A DNA stretch of 39,086 bases, taken from Verrucomicrobiota bacterium (GTDB lineage: Bacteria > Verrucomicrobiota > Verrucomicrobiia > Opitutales > Cerasicoccaceae). The notes under the pieces were generated by a model that was not told the DNA's origin, made no database searches, and was given only the letters and a program-made list of their open reading frames with translations. Below are positions 1 through 9,731 of the stretch, piece after piece. The translations under genes were made by a program, and so were the position numbers. Location: contig JBCBUK010000023.1 in the NCBI GenBank assembly GCA_039818205.1, positions 1 through 39,086 of the forward strand, given 5' to 3'. Positions within the stretch are counted from its first letter, which is position 1, and every line of letters begins with the position of its first letter.

Positions 1-103
1 CGAGATTCCAACCATTTCCTGGGGGCGCTGCGTGCAAAACAACGGATCGCAGCAGGATTACAGACAATATCGCAGCCAAAGTGCGAATTGCATACGTATT
101 CAT
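1..103 (-). CDS. 5' end of a secreted protein running off the window edge, possibly a GH16 glycoside hydrolase
   Basis: Not in the ORF track. Reverse complement from the ATG at 103 reads MNTYAIRTLAAILSVILLRSVVLHA-APPGNGWNL: a Sec signal peptide followed by a G-W-x-L start typical of GH16 N-termini. SD-like AGAAAGG lies just upstream. Product guess is weak (34 codons visible). Confidence 0.6.
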   Translation of the reverse strand, partial: MNTYAIRTLAAILSVILLRSVVLHAAPPGNGWNL

Positions 104-1090
104 TGAATACCTTTCTTTAGGGGTTATTTAGGGTGTTGGGAAACTAGCCCGGTGATTTACAGCATTCGGAAAAATCAGCCGGTAAGGGGGAATTAGTTTC
201 CAATATAAACGAGTGTATCTTATCTAATAGTCTTTCTGACGAAATTTGACAACTTAAAAACCCCAAAAAGCGAGGATTGAACCAAATTAGTCACGTCTAT
301 TCCCTTTAAATAAATGTTTCTATCGTGTTTAATTGAGTTCCAGGCGATAAATCGCCATTTTAGACTGATTGAATTTGTATAAATCCACCCTCAATTCTGA
401 GGTTTATAATCGATTGAAGAGAGGTGTTTGTGCTTTCATCACTAGTCTTGTTTGATTGGCGATAGCTGATTTTCAATTTTTGCCTACTCGCCTTTTCTGT
501 TAAACGCTTGATGGACATTAATGAATGAATCTACGTTAAATTTCTCGCGCAGTTTTCGCCTTTGATTCTCGCGCCCGAAAGAATCAATTCGTTGCCATAA
601 TGCCCCCAATGATGAAAACCGGAACTTTGCTGACCGAGCAAAAGGCTACGCTTCGGGCCGCGCGTTTGCGTACCCTTGAAACAGCAGCGAAACCTGAGGC
701 AGCAAGAAGGCTCACTCATACGGATAGTCGAGCCAACCCGCGGAGAGTTGCTCGCCTACATAAGAAACTAATCTAATTCAAGGTTAACACCCTAAAACGG
801 GGCTTCACTTAACTATGCACGAGCCAGGTTTTTTTGTAAATTTTTTGTTTATCAAACAAACTACAACTTCTCAGCGGAGTTTAATTGCGCATAAATACTC
901 TTTTAATATCTGCTATTCAATGACTTAAAAATTCCAAATCAAACACCTGCAATTGAGATCGAAAATTCATTTTCGCTTCAATACACGAATAAAATGCCGT
1001 ATGTTAGTCTCCATCAGAATAAATAATATACACTAATTTGTTGTCGATCGGCCACCAGCCGAAGACACCAACTAGAAATCGAACTACTGC

Positions 1091-4000
1091 ATGAACAAAA
1101 CAACGAGTTTTTCCCGATATACTCGTATGATTCTGACTGCGCTCGCTATGAATTCCGCGCATAGCCAGCCCTACCCTGCGTCGGATCCAACCAACACGGG
1201 AGGTTGGGTACCATACGAACCACTAACAGACGAATTCGACGGAGCTTCCGTCGATACCGACAAATGGGAGGCACTGTCATGGACCGGTCGAATGCCAGTC
1301 TACCACGCTTTCGACAATTGCTCAGTAAGTAGCGGTGAATTAATCATGACCACCGAACTGCAAGCAGGAGCAACCACACCGGTTACTGATACCGCGTACG
1401 CGATTGACGCTGGATACCTGCAAAGCACCCATGTCCTACGGTATGGATACTATGAGATCCGGATGAAGGCCTTGGATTTTCCGATCGTAACCACTTGGTG
1501 GCTAACCGGCGGAAGCGCAACCTATGACCGTGAGATCGACATGTTCGAATGTGGCGCTGGGGTCAGTGGACGAGAATACCGGCTCTCCTATAATTTCCAC
1601 ATCTGGCGGACTCCGACCCGCGACGGTGTCGACGGCACCCACACGCCAGCCAATCCGCCGAACGTCACCCTGCCCTTCAAGATGGTTGATGACTATCACG
1701 TCTATGGCTTCGAGTGGAATAAGGACGAGATGAACCTCTACGTAGACGGAGCGTTTGTCGCTACCTACCCGACTGATAGCTTCAAAGTCGGTCAACGACT
1801 GATGATCGGAAACGAGTACAATCAATACATTACTACGCTTGCGGAAATGAGTAGCAGTTTGGCCAAATTGCCAGCGACCTACAATGTAGATTACGTCCGA
1901 GCCTGGCTAAAGCCCGACACCGATGCCACTTGGTATGTCAACGAAGCCCATGGCGACGATAGTAACAGCGGTGCCAGCTGGGCAGATGCCAAAAAGACAA
2001 TCGGCGCAGCGATCGATGAAGCCTATAACGGCGATTCGATCTGGGTCGCCGAGGGGGTTTACCGTGAGTATTTGACCATCCACGGTGTTCACAATCTCAA
2101 ACTATATGGCGGAATGCCAGTCGGCTCAACGTCTCTGAACGAGCAGGACCATGGCCGCTACCCAACGATCATTCAAGCCCCACCAGACGGCTACAATCTG
2201 ATCTCGCTACGCAACAATGACGGATGCCGCATCGACGGATTCACGATTCAGGGTACGACCAGGTCATGGCAATATGGCCTCAAAGCCGAAGGCCCTTCCA
2301 ACAATGTTGTCATCGCCAATTGTCGCCTCAGCTGGAATATTATCACGGAGGCCGGAAAAGGAGGCGGTGGAGCAATCGTCACGGGACGTGGCGACACCCA
2401 TGTGAAATTTGATTACTGCGTATTTTCCAACAATGAAAATAAGGGAAGCGGCCCGGGCTTAAGCATTAGCGCTGCCCTTGCCGGTCCCCTAGTCGAACTC
2501 GATCGATGCCTCTTTGTAGAAAATACCGCACCAGGTTCTGGCGGTGCAATCGGCATGCTGAACTGGAGCAACAACCCTGACAGTATTCTGCGGCTAACGA
2601 ACAGCGTCATCGCCAATAACACCAGTGGCACCAATCGTGGTGCCATTGAGATGAACTACGGCTCATTGGAAATGACAAACTGCACCGTGGCCGGAAACAG
2701 TAACATGGGCATACGCATCAGCTCCCAATTTACGCCGCGGCAGGCCGACATCAAGAATACCATTGTCGCAAGCAATGGGACCACCGGGGTCTTCTCCCAA
2801 TGGGATGGATTTGCTCTCACCAACAACCTGTTCTTTGACAACCCAACCCAAGTCAATCGGAATGGCTCGCTCAACAATGTCAGCGACATTAACAACTTAG
2901 TGAACTCGGCAAACAACGTTGTCGACGACCCTCAGCTCTTCAACTTGGCAAGTAACGATGTTCGTATCCAAACGGGCTCTGGTGCCATTGACCTTGGCAC
3001 AGCCACCGGTGCACCCAACATCGACTTTAACGGTAATCCTCGACCGCAAGGAAGCGGCATCGATATTGGAGCCTTTGAAGCCGCCACCACTCTCAACGCC
3101 CAGAACTCGATTGGCGAATATAACGCCGAGATTCCTGGGCGCGTGGAAGCGACTGCGTTTGATCTCGGTGGAGAGGGTATCGCCTTTCATGACAACGCGG
3201 TTGCCAACCAAGCTTCATTTTTCCGCGGAAACGGGCCGGAGACTGAGTGGAAATCAAACGAAACAACACCCAACATCGGCTGGACCGCCGCCGGAGAATG
3301 GATTGAGTTCACCGTCGACGTAACCGCAGGAACCTACGAGATGACTATGCGTATCGCCACGATCCACGATGGCCGACGTTTGCGTTTCCTCTTAGATGGT
3401 CAGGAGATCACGACTGCAACCGTTCCAAACACCGGCAGCTGGACGGCGTTCTCAAACGTGCCACTTGGCGACGTCTCCTTTACCGGCGGCAGCGATCAAG
3501 TGCTCCGCGTTGAGTTTCTTGATGGTGGCGTGAACTATAGCTGGGTCGAATTCTTCCCAACACCAATCGGCAACATAGACGATATTGGCACCCCACTCCT
3601 CGCGGGATCGTTCACCTACGACAACGGTTTCTATTACGTCAATGGTAGCGGTTCGGACTTATTCAATAGCGGAATCGATCGTTTCAATTTCGTGGATCAG
3701 ACATTGGATGGCGATGGGTTCATCGTTGCCAAGGTGGCCGACATGTATGCCGACAGTGTTTGGGCAAAGAGCGGTATCATGCTCCGCGAATCGCTCGCCA
3801 CCGGCTCGAAATACATCACTCTGGTACAACGCCCGGGTGGTGAGCTTGCGTTCTATTGGCGAGACATTGACGACGCCATTCCAGTCAACTCAAATGGCTG
3901 GTCACTTGGCGATTCAGCAACCGTCAACTGGCTGGCAATTGCCCGTCGAGGCGATGAGTTTCGCGGCTACTACTCGACCGATGGCCTATCGTGGCAATTG

Positions 4001-4513
4001 GTCGCTGCTCCCCAGAGCTTGACCATGAGTAGCACGCTTTATGTTGGTCTTGTCGCGACACCGATTTCAGCCTCCGAGTTCAACAAAACCATCTTCTCCG
4101 AGGTCTCAGTCGGGACTGAGCCTGAGGTTATGGTCCCAGCACTAACGGATAGCGATAGCGATATGATCCCTGATGACTGGGAAATCGCCAACGGCCTAGA
4201 CGCTCTCGTGGGTGACGCCAGCAGCAACCCTGATGGCGACAAATTCACATCCTACGAAGAATATGAGTTTGGCACCAATCCACTCGACTTCGACAGTCAG
4301 TTCGATCTGCAGATGGTGAAAGAGGTCTCTGGCTTCAAGATCACCTTTTCCACCGAAGCCGGAAGAAACTACATCATCAGGCGGACTGAGAATCTCAATA
4401 ATCCTTTCGCCCCCTTTACCACCATCGCGGGAACGGGAGGAGTCGTGGAGGTGAACGATACCACTTCAGCGACGCGAGCATTCTATATCGTCGACGCGGA
4501 GATTGCACCCTAA
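1091..4513 (+). CDS. Secreted modular GH16 glycoside hydrolase (GH16 + parallel beta-helix + CBM6 + ConA-like domain + acidic C-terminal module)
   Basis: Signal peptide. GH16 hallmarks TDEFDG, YGYYEIRMK, catalytic EIDMFE (E148/D150/E153) and YHVYGFEW. YVNEAHGDDSNSGASW..AKKTI starts a beta-helix region ending in PRPQGSGIDIGAFE. CBM6-like IPGRVEA...IGWTAAGEWIEFTV. ConA-like WAKSGIMLRES. Acidic DSDSDMIPDDWE tail. Confidence 0.88.
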   Translation: MNKTTSFSRYTRMILTALAMNSAHSQPYPASDPTNTGGWVPYEPLTDEFDGASVDTDKWEALSWTGRMPVYHAFDNCSVSSGELIMTTELQAGATTPVTDTAYAIDAGYLQSTHVLRYGYYEIRMKALDFPIVTTWWLTGGSATYDREIDMFECGAGVSGREYRLSYNFHIWRTPTRDGVDGTHTPANPPNVTLPFKMVDDYHVYGFEWNKDEMNLYVDGAFVATYPTDSFKVGQRLMIGNEYNQYITTLAEMSSSLAKLPATYNVDYVRAWLKPDTDATWYVNEAHGDDSNSGASWADAKKTIGAAIDEAYNGDSIWVAEGVYREYLTIHGVHNLKLYGGMPVGSTSLNEQDHGRYPTIIQAPPDGYNLISLRNNDGCRIDGFTIQGTTRSWQYGLKAEGPSNNVVIANCRLSWNIITEAGKGGGGAIVTGRGDTHVKFDYCVFSNNENKGSGPGLSISAALAGPLVELDRCLFVENTAPGSGGAIGMLNWSNNPDSILRLTNSVIANNTSGTNRGAIEMNYGSLEMTNCTVAGNSNMGIRISSQFTPRQADIKNTIVASNGTTGVFSQWDGFALTNNLFFDNPTQVNRNGSLNNVSDINNLVNSANNVVDDPQLFNLASNDVRIQTGSGAIDLGTATGAPNIDFNGNPRPQGSGIDIGAFEAATTLNAQNSIGEYNAEIPGRVEATAFDLGGEGIAFHDNAVANQASFFRGNGPETEWKSNETTPNIGWTAAGEWIEFTVDVTAGTYEMTMRIATIHDGRRLRFLLDGQEITTATVPNTGSWTAFSNVPLGDVSFTGGSDQVLRVEFLDGGVNYSWVEFFPTPIGNIDDIGTPLLAGSFTYDNGFYYVNGSGSDLFNSGIDRFNFVDQTLDGDGFIVAKVADMYADSVWAKSGIMLRESLATGSKYITLVQRPGGELAFYWRDIDDAIPVNSNGWSLGDSATVNWLAIARRGDEFRGYYSTDGLSWQLVAAPQSLTMSSTLYVGLVATPISASEFNKTIFSEVSVGTEPEVMVPALTDSDSDMIPDDWEIANGLDALVGDASSNPDGDKFTSYEEYEFGTNPLDFDSQFDLQMVKEVSGFKITFSTEAGRNYIIRRTENLNNPFAPFTTIAGTGGVVEVNDTTSATRAFYIVDAEIAP

Positions 4514-4543
4514 GTGCAAGCCGCGTCGGCCAAGCGCACAGCC

Positions 4544-5359
4544 TCACCGATATCGTCCGATTTGCTCAAGCAGAAACACCTCACGACGAGGCCAGGCAAA
4601 TCGGACGATCAACACTCCAAAGACCATCACTAGAAATGTCGTCCAAAAGCTCGCAAGCCACAAGCCGTTGACGAGTCCCGCGCCTAAAAAACTCAGCAGA
4701 ACGCTAGCAATAACTGACAATGGGAGAAACAAAGATCCCGCGGCGTGATACCCTTCCAAAATTGAACGCCCCCCAAAGTAGTGGATCACACCCGCAATCA
4801 TAACCGCGACTGCGAACCAAGCAACAAAGTTGCGCCAAGGCACACCATAGTAAGCACCTCCAGACTCCCACAACCAATAGCCGCGAACTTGAGTTGCGAC
4901 CGGCTCCAAAGCGAAATCGATAGCCGTCGCCGCAAGGCCCACACCCAAAACAATTAGAAACGAAGATCCGCGGCGCCCCTGTGCAACCGTACCAATCAAC
5001 AAATATAGCGGATAGACGACAACCCACCAGGCCAATGGAATCGCCCAAGGCAAAATACCGGCAATCTGAGGTCCAAACTTTTCCGTGTAGTGATAGGTCC
5101 CAAACGGGAAACCCGTCAATGCGCCCAACAATTCCACGGCTCCCGACGCAACAGCAACCCACAGGAATGCCGCAAGCGTTTTTGCCCACCCGATTCGTCG
5201 AGTCGCATCAAGGAAGATGACACTCGCCGCCAACACCATAAAAAGCAGGTCTTCGAAATTGCCAACTGGCGACTCATAAGGAATGGCCAATACCACTAAG
5301 CCTACCAAGAACCATATGGCATACCACGCAAGCAGGAGATGGAAAACACGGCGGAACAC
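4544..5359 (-). CDS. cruF: CruF-like carotenoid biosynthesis membrane protein (carotenoid 1,2-hydratase family)
   Basis: Multi-pass membrane protein with family motifs ELLGALTGFPFGTYHY, PWAIPLAW, DFALEP and YYGVPWRNFVAW. Confidence 0.75.
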   Translation of the reverse strand: MFRRVFHLLLAWYAIWFLVGLVVLAIPYESPVGNFEDLLFMVLAASVIFLDATRRIGWAKTLAAFLWVAVASGAVELLGALTGFPFGTYHYTEKFGPQIAGILPWAIPLAWWVVVYPLYLLIGTVAQGRRGSSFLIVLGVGLAATAIDFALEPVATQVRGYWLWESGGAYYGVPWRNFVAWFAVAVMIAGVIHYFGGRSILEGYHAAGSLFLPLSVIASVLLSFLGAGLVNGLWLASFWTTFLVMVFGVLIVRFAWPRREVFLLEQIGRYR

Positions 5360-5422
5360 AGGGGTAATAATAAAAGTTTATCGGCTGTGGGTGCAAGCTG
5401 CAGCAAGAAATTTACCAACATT

Positions 5423-5755
5423 TCATCCATTCTCAGGCCACCAGACAGCTAACCATACCGTTTTCTCTCGTTCGCTCGTCCATGCGACCCGGTGACGTCG
5501 ACCGGCCGGTAACAGGAAACAATCGCCGCGTTCGAGGGTGACTGTCTCGACCTTCCCATTGTGATCAACTTCAAGGCCAGCGGCCCCTTCCAGCACGACC
5601 ACCCACTCGTTCTGGTCCTGGTCATACCAGAAGTCGGGCGGCGAAGCCTGTCCGTTCGAAACAATTCTTTCGATCCGTAACTGGTCGTTTTTAAGCAAAT
5701 CATCGAACTGCTCGCCATCCAATGCCGCACCGATCTGGGTAAAAATATTTTTCAT
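5423..5755 (-). CDS. Cupin-domain protein
   Basis: RIERIVSNGQASPPDFWYDQDQNEWVVVLEG and LPAGRRHRVAWT cupin motifs. ATG at 5755 (MKNIF) preferred over the TTG at 5770. Confidence 0.8.
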   Translation of the reverse strand: MKNIFTQIGAALDGEQFDDLLKNDQLRIERIVSNGQASPPDFWYDQDQNEWVVVLEGAAGLEVDHNGKVETVTLERGDCFLLPAGRRHRVAWTSEREKTVWLAVWWPENG

Positions 5756-5881
5756 TGGTATCGGGTCCAATCTAAAGAATTCAGTTCCATCTGCGAATTA
5801 TTTCCTGCACCCTTCTGGGCGGTATGCCTCGGGTCCTGAGTTTTAAGAATCACCTGCGGTCAACTATTGCCTTGTTAAAAT

Positions 5882-8089
5882 GTGGATCGCTCCCCTATTT
5901 TGCCCGGCGTGCTGCAAATTACGAGAGGTATCAAGCCATTGCTACTCGGCGTGGGAATAACAGGTGTTGCGTGGGCGCAACTGCCGGAGGTCGACGTTGA
6001 AATTCCACAGATCGAAGCCGATTCACAAGAATTCGACGAGGAAAACAACCGGATCGTGGCAAAGGGCAATATCGAGCTCAGCCATGGAAAAATCATCCTC
6101 AAGAGTGACGAACTCGAGATCGAAACCGATGAATCGACGCTGCGGGCTAAGAATCAAGTCCAGTTGACCCGGGAAGCCTTCCGCATCTTGAGCGATGAAG
6201 CCGAGTATGATTATTTCAAACGAAGCTTCCTCGCGAGCGATTTTCGCCTCGGTCGGCACCCTATCTTCCTTGAGGGCGACGTAATCGAAGGTGACAACGA
6301 TGAAATCAAGGTAAAGGACGGCACCTTGTATTTTCAAGAACCCGACCCTTACGCTTTTAACATCCGAGCCAGCAGCTTCTCTGTACAGGACTCCGAGCGG
6401 CTTGTCGTCGACGACGCGACCTTTCTAATCGGCGATGTCCCATTCTTTTATCTCCCTCATTTTGAACAGGATTTGAAAGATGATGCCCCGATCACCTACA
6501 AAGGTGATGGCGGATTCCAAAACAACCTGGGCGGCTTTATTCAAAACCAGGTGAAAGTCCGGCTCTATCCGGAGCTGCGTCTCGGCGCGAATCTCGACGG
6601 CTACTCCAAGCGCGGCTTTCTGGGTGGCCCGGTCGGCGACTACAATTGGTCTTGGGCTCCCGGTGGGAACTTTATGGTCGGATCGATCGACACTGGCTTC
6701 ATCCATGACCTGGGCTCTACCAGCGATCGAGGAATCGATTCGCTTGGACAGCAGATCGGCCGAAATCGATTCTTCACCGAATGGAGACATCTCGGTGAGA
6801 TTAATGGAAACATCGACCTGACCAGCACGCTCAGCTGGTGGAGTGACTCGGAAATTACCCGCGACTTCCGCCCGGAGCTCTTTTACGACAACCAAGTTCC
6901 CGATAGCTTCGCCCAAGCTTCCTACCGAGGAGAAAACTATGTTGGCTCCGTTTTTCTGCGCTATCAGCCTAATGAGTGGGAACTTGTTGCCCAGCGCCTT
7001 CCCGAGGTCAGCTACAATGTCCTCCCATCAGAGCTTTTCGAAACTGGCATCTACCAGCGCCTCGATACGAGCTTCGTACTGCTAACCGAGAAAAACCCAA
7101 CCGGTCGATTTCGTGCAGCAGAATCCAATCGCGTTAACGCCTACTACGGCTGGTCTCGACCCACCAAAATCACGGACTGGATGACCGCAACTCCGGTAGC
7201 CGGCGCCATGCTGACCAACTACTGGCAAACCTATTTCCGATCCGGATCCTTCACGCGGGTCCTTGGCGAGGTCGGTGTGGACGTGGAGCTGCTTGCGACC
7301 GGAGTCTGGGACGTTAAAGATGAGTTTTGGGGCATTGACGGGCTTCGCCATGTGATGCGACCCGTGATGCAGTACCGATTCATTCCTGCCGCCCAGGCCG
7401 GAAACACGATCATCCCGCCAATCGACACCCGTGCAGCGTTCCAGACCTACCTCGACCCCATTGGCCTGGCCAATAAGCGCAACATCGATGACCTCTTTGC
7501 CGAGAATACTCTGCGCTACGGTATTGAAAACGCCTTCCAAACCCGCGCGAAGGGCTATGGCTCCTACAATTTGGCCGAGTTCAACGTCTACCACGAGCTG
7601 CACTTTGACGAACGCCCAGATGTGTTCATCGTCAATCCCCCGTATCGCCCTTTTTTCCGTCGTGGTCAGCGTTTTGCCTCAGATATTTTCACCGAAATGA
7701 CGCTTCGCCCGGCCTATTGGTTCGCCTCCAGCATTTTTATCCGAATCGACCCAAACTCCCCCGGAATCAACGAAGTAAACACGCGAACCCGCATCGTTGA
7801 TGGCGAAGAATGGAGCGCCTACGTGGGCACAAACTACGTCGATGACGTTCCCGGTGCGACCATCAATCAATACATCGTTGGTGGGGACTATCGCTTGAAT
7901 GAGCGGAACATGCTTCGAACCGAGTTCCGAATCGACGCAGACATCGGCGAACTGGTGGAGCAATACTATAGTTGGCAGACACGATTTGCAAACTCCTGGG
8001 ACGTCGAGGTTCAGGTCGGGTATTTGCAAGGTGCTACTAGAGAAGATGGTATACAAGCGAAAGTAAAAGTTCGGTTATTAACTTTCTAG
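5882..8089 (+). CDS. lptD: LPS-assembly outer-membrane protein LptD family
   Basis: Signal peptide, N-terminal OstA-like jellyroll (IEADSQEFD...AKGNIEL), VPFFYLP motif, QRLPE, LRHVMRP, beta-barrel body and terminal Phe. Confidence 0.8.
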   Translation: MDRSPILPGVLQITRGIKPLLLGVGITGVAWAQLPEVDVEIPQIEADSQEFDEENNRIVAKGNIELSHGKIILKSDELEIETDESTLRAKNQVQLTREAFRILSDEAEYDYFKRSFLASDFRLGRHPIFLEGDVIEGDNDEIKVKDGTLYFQEPDPYAFNIRASSFSVQDSERLVVDDATFLIGDVPFFYLPHFEQDLKDDAPITYKGDGGFQNNLGGFIQNQVKVRLYPELRLGANLDGYSKRGFLGGPVGDYNWSWAPGGNFMVGSIDTGFIHDLGSTSDRGIDSLGQQIGRNRFFTEWRHLGEINGNIDLTSTLSWWSDSEITRDFRPELFYDNQVPDSFAQASYRGENYVGSVFLRYQPNEWELVAQRLPEVSYNVLPSELFETGIYQRLDTSFVLLTEKNPTGRFRAAESNRVNAYYGWSRPTKITDWMTATPVAGAMLTNYWQTYFRSGSFTRVLGEVGVDVELLATGVWDVKDEFWGIDGLRHVMRPVMQYRFIPAAQAGNTIIPPIDTRAAFQTYLDPIGLANKRNIDDLFAENTLRYGIENAFQTRAKGYGSYNLAEFNVYHELHFDERPDVFIVNPPYRPFFRRGQRFASDIFTEMTLRPAYWFASSIFIRIDPNSPGINEVNTRTRIVDGEEWSAYVGTNYVDDVPGATINQYIVGGDYRLNERNMLRTEFRIDADIGELVEQYYSWQTRFANSWDVEVQVGYLQGATREDGIQAKVKVRLLTF

Positions 8090-8177
8090 GTAAAGTCACA
8101 GTTCCTATTTTATAGATTTTTTACTCGACAAAATACGGGAAACCACCTAATTTGCGCATGTATTTGGAGCATAGCGC

Positions 8178-8633
8178 ATGAAGTATCCTACCCTCAGTCG
8201 ACAAAAACCATCTGGTTTCACCCTAATTGAGATCATGATTGTCGTGATCATCTTAGGGGTGATCATTACAATGGCGCTGCCCGCCTTGAAAGCGGTTCGC
8301 GAACGTGCCCTCGTCTCGACCTTTGTTAATGATTTCGGAACCTTTGAGGAAGCGATCAATCGCTACAGCCTGGAAGAAGGCGAATATCCAGCAGATACCA
8401 CCGACGCCCTATTCCTTGAATACATTAGAAATGACCTCGTTAGTGATCGGACTGTGATCGGGGGTCGTTATTTCGCTCAAGATTCCGGCACGGCTTACGA
8501 AATTGGTGTCAACGGTTACACGGTCAACGATCGCATCGCTATCATGATTGATGAAGAGCTTGATGATGGGAATCTAGGCTCAGGTCGATTGACCGGTGGC
8601 GGTGGAAGCATCCGCCTAACCATTGAAGGGTAA
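8178..8633 (+). CDS. Type IV pilin / T2SS pseudopilin with N-terminal methylation motif
   Basis: G|FTLIEIMIVVIILGVIITMALP prepilin cleavage and methylation motif with Glu at +5. Confidence 0.88.
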   Translation: MKYPTLSRQKPSGFTLIEIMIVVIILGVIITMALPALKAVRERALVSTFVNDFGTFEEAINRYSLEEGEYPADTTDALFLEYIRNDLVSDRTVIGGRYFAQDSGTAYEIGVNGYTVNDRIAIMIDEELDDGNLGSGRLTGGGGSIRLTIEG

Positions 8634-8736
8634 AATTTCCGTTCTGAGCCGCAACGAAGCGCAACGGTTTACGACGTCAGTCGGCGTGGGCTTTTCCGGG
8701 ATTGCATATTGATGCGAAGCCATTTCGTATAGCGAC

Positions 8737-9597
8737 GTGTCAGATTCGAATACATTGGTCCAGGAGGATTCGCTAGCCCCTAATCGGGAATTGGCCATTC
8801 GTTTGCCGGTTTTCGAGGGACCGCTCGATCTTCTGCTTTTTCTCATTCGTAAGAATGAAATCGATATCTATGACATCCCCATTGAGCGAGTCACCCGTCA
8901 ATATCTGGACGTCCTAAACTCAATGGAACAATTGAAACTGGAGGTAGCGGGCGACTTTTTCGTGATGGCAGCCACGCTCATGTACATCAAGAGCCGCATG
9001 CTCTTGCCGACCAATGAACAGATCAAACAGGCTGCAGAGGAGGAAGAAGAGGCAGATCCGCGTTGGGAACTGGTTCAACAGCTGCTCGAATACAAAAAGT
9101 TTAAAGAAGTCGCCTATCAGCTCCAAGATTTGGTTGAGCAACAACAAGACCTGATTCCACGCCACTACCGCGAAACCTCTGACCAAAAGGAAGCACGCCC
9201 GCTCAAACCGACCGATAAGATCGAGCTCTGGAATTGCTTCAATCTCGTCCTACGGCGCCTCGCCGAAGGCATGCAAAGCGGCGAGATCCATGACGAACAG
9301 GTGTCAGTGTCCGATCGCATGGAGTTCATCTTGGAAACTCTGGAAACCCGCGACCAATTCCATTTCACCGAGCTCTTTGAAAAAAAAGCCTATGGAATTA
9401 ACATGCTCGTTTCGACTTTCTTGGCAGTTCTCGAACTCAGCCGCCTGAAGAAACTGTATGTGGAGCAAGATGAGACTTTTGGCGACATCGTTTGTCAAAA
9501 ACGGTTTGAATCCGACGATGCCGACGAAGACGCAGGATTCGAAGATGAGGAAGAACCTATCAGCGAGGCAGGTGAATCCGAAACATCCGCAAGCTGA
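8737..9597 (+). CDS. scpA: Segregation and condensation protein A (kleisin)
   Basis: FEGPLDLLLFLIRKNEIDIYDIPI, MAATLMYIKSRMLLP, DPRWELVQQLLEYKKFKE and FLAVLEL. Confidence 0.95.
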   Translation: MSDSNTLVQEDSLAPNRELAIRLPVFEGPLDLLLFLIRKNEIDIYDIPIERVTRQYLDVLNSMEQLKLEVAGDFFVMAATLMYIKSRMLLPTNEQIKQAAEEEEEADPRWELVQQLLEYKKFKEVAYQLQDLVEQQQDLIPRHYRETSDQKEARPLKPTDKIELWNCFNLVLRRLAEGMQSGEIHDEQVSVSDRMEFILETLETRDQFHFTELFEKKAYGINMLVSTFLAVLELSRLKKLYVEQDETFGDIVCQKRFESDDADEDAGFEDEEEPISEAGESETSAS

Positions 9598-9731
9598 GTA
9601 TTAGGTCAAAACCACTCACTGAGATCGGGTCGGCAAAGGCCATCCATACCAACCCAAAGGCAAGATACGTTTGCCAAAACGCTTTCTCCTGTTCAGGGCA
9701 GGCTAATTAAGCATATTATCCAACACGAGCT

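Noticed and set aside
620..700. c-di-GMP-I riboswitch (minus-strand ACGCAAA...GGCCCGAA)
   Set aside because: The upstream GGCAAA and GAAA-tetraloop stem, and the closing P1 pairing, could not be found.
531..719. 62-aa minus-strand ORF
   Set aside because: No RBS or recognisable motif; likely spurious.
8178..8633. Pilus or T2SS locus
   Set aside because: A single pilin-like gene with no ATPase, secretin or platform genes in the window.
8737..9597. scpA as part of a Wadjet/Mks defence or condensin-variant system
   Set aside because: The sequence is canonical ScpA with no jet/mks neighbours. Separation from scpB and smc is common.
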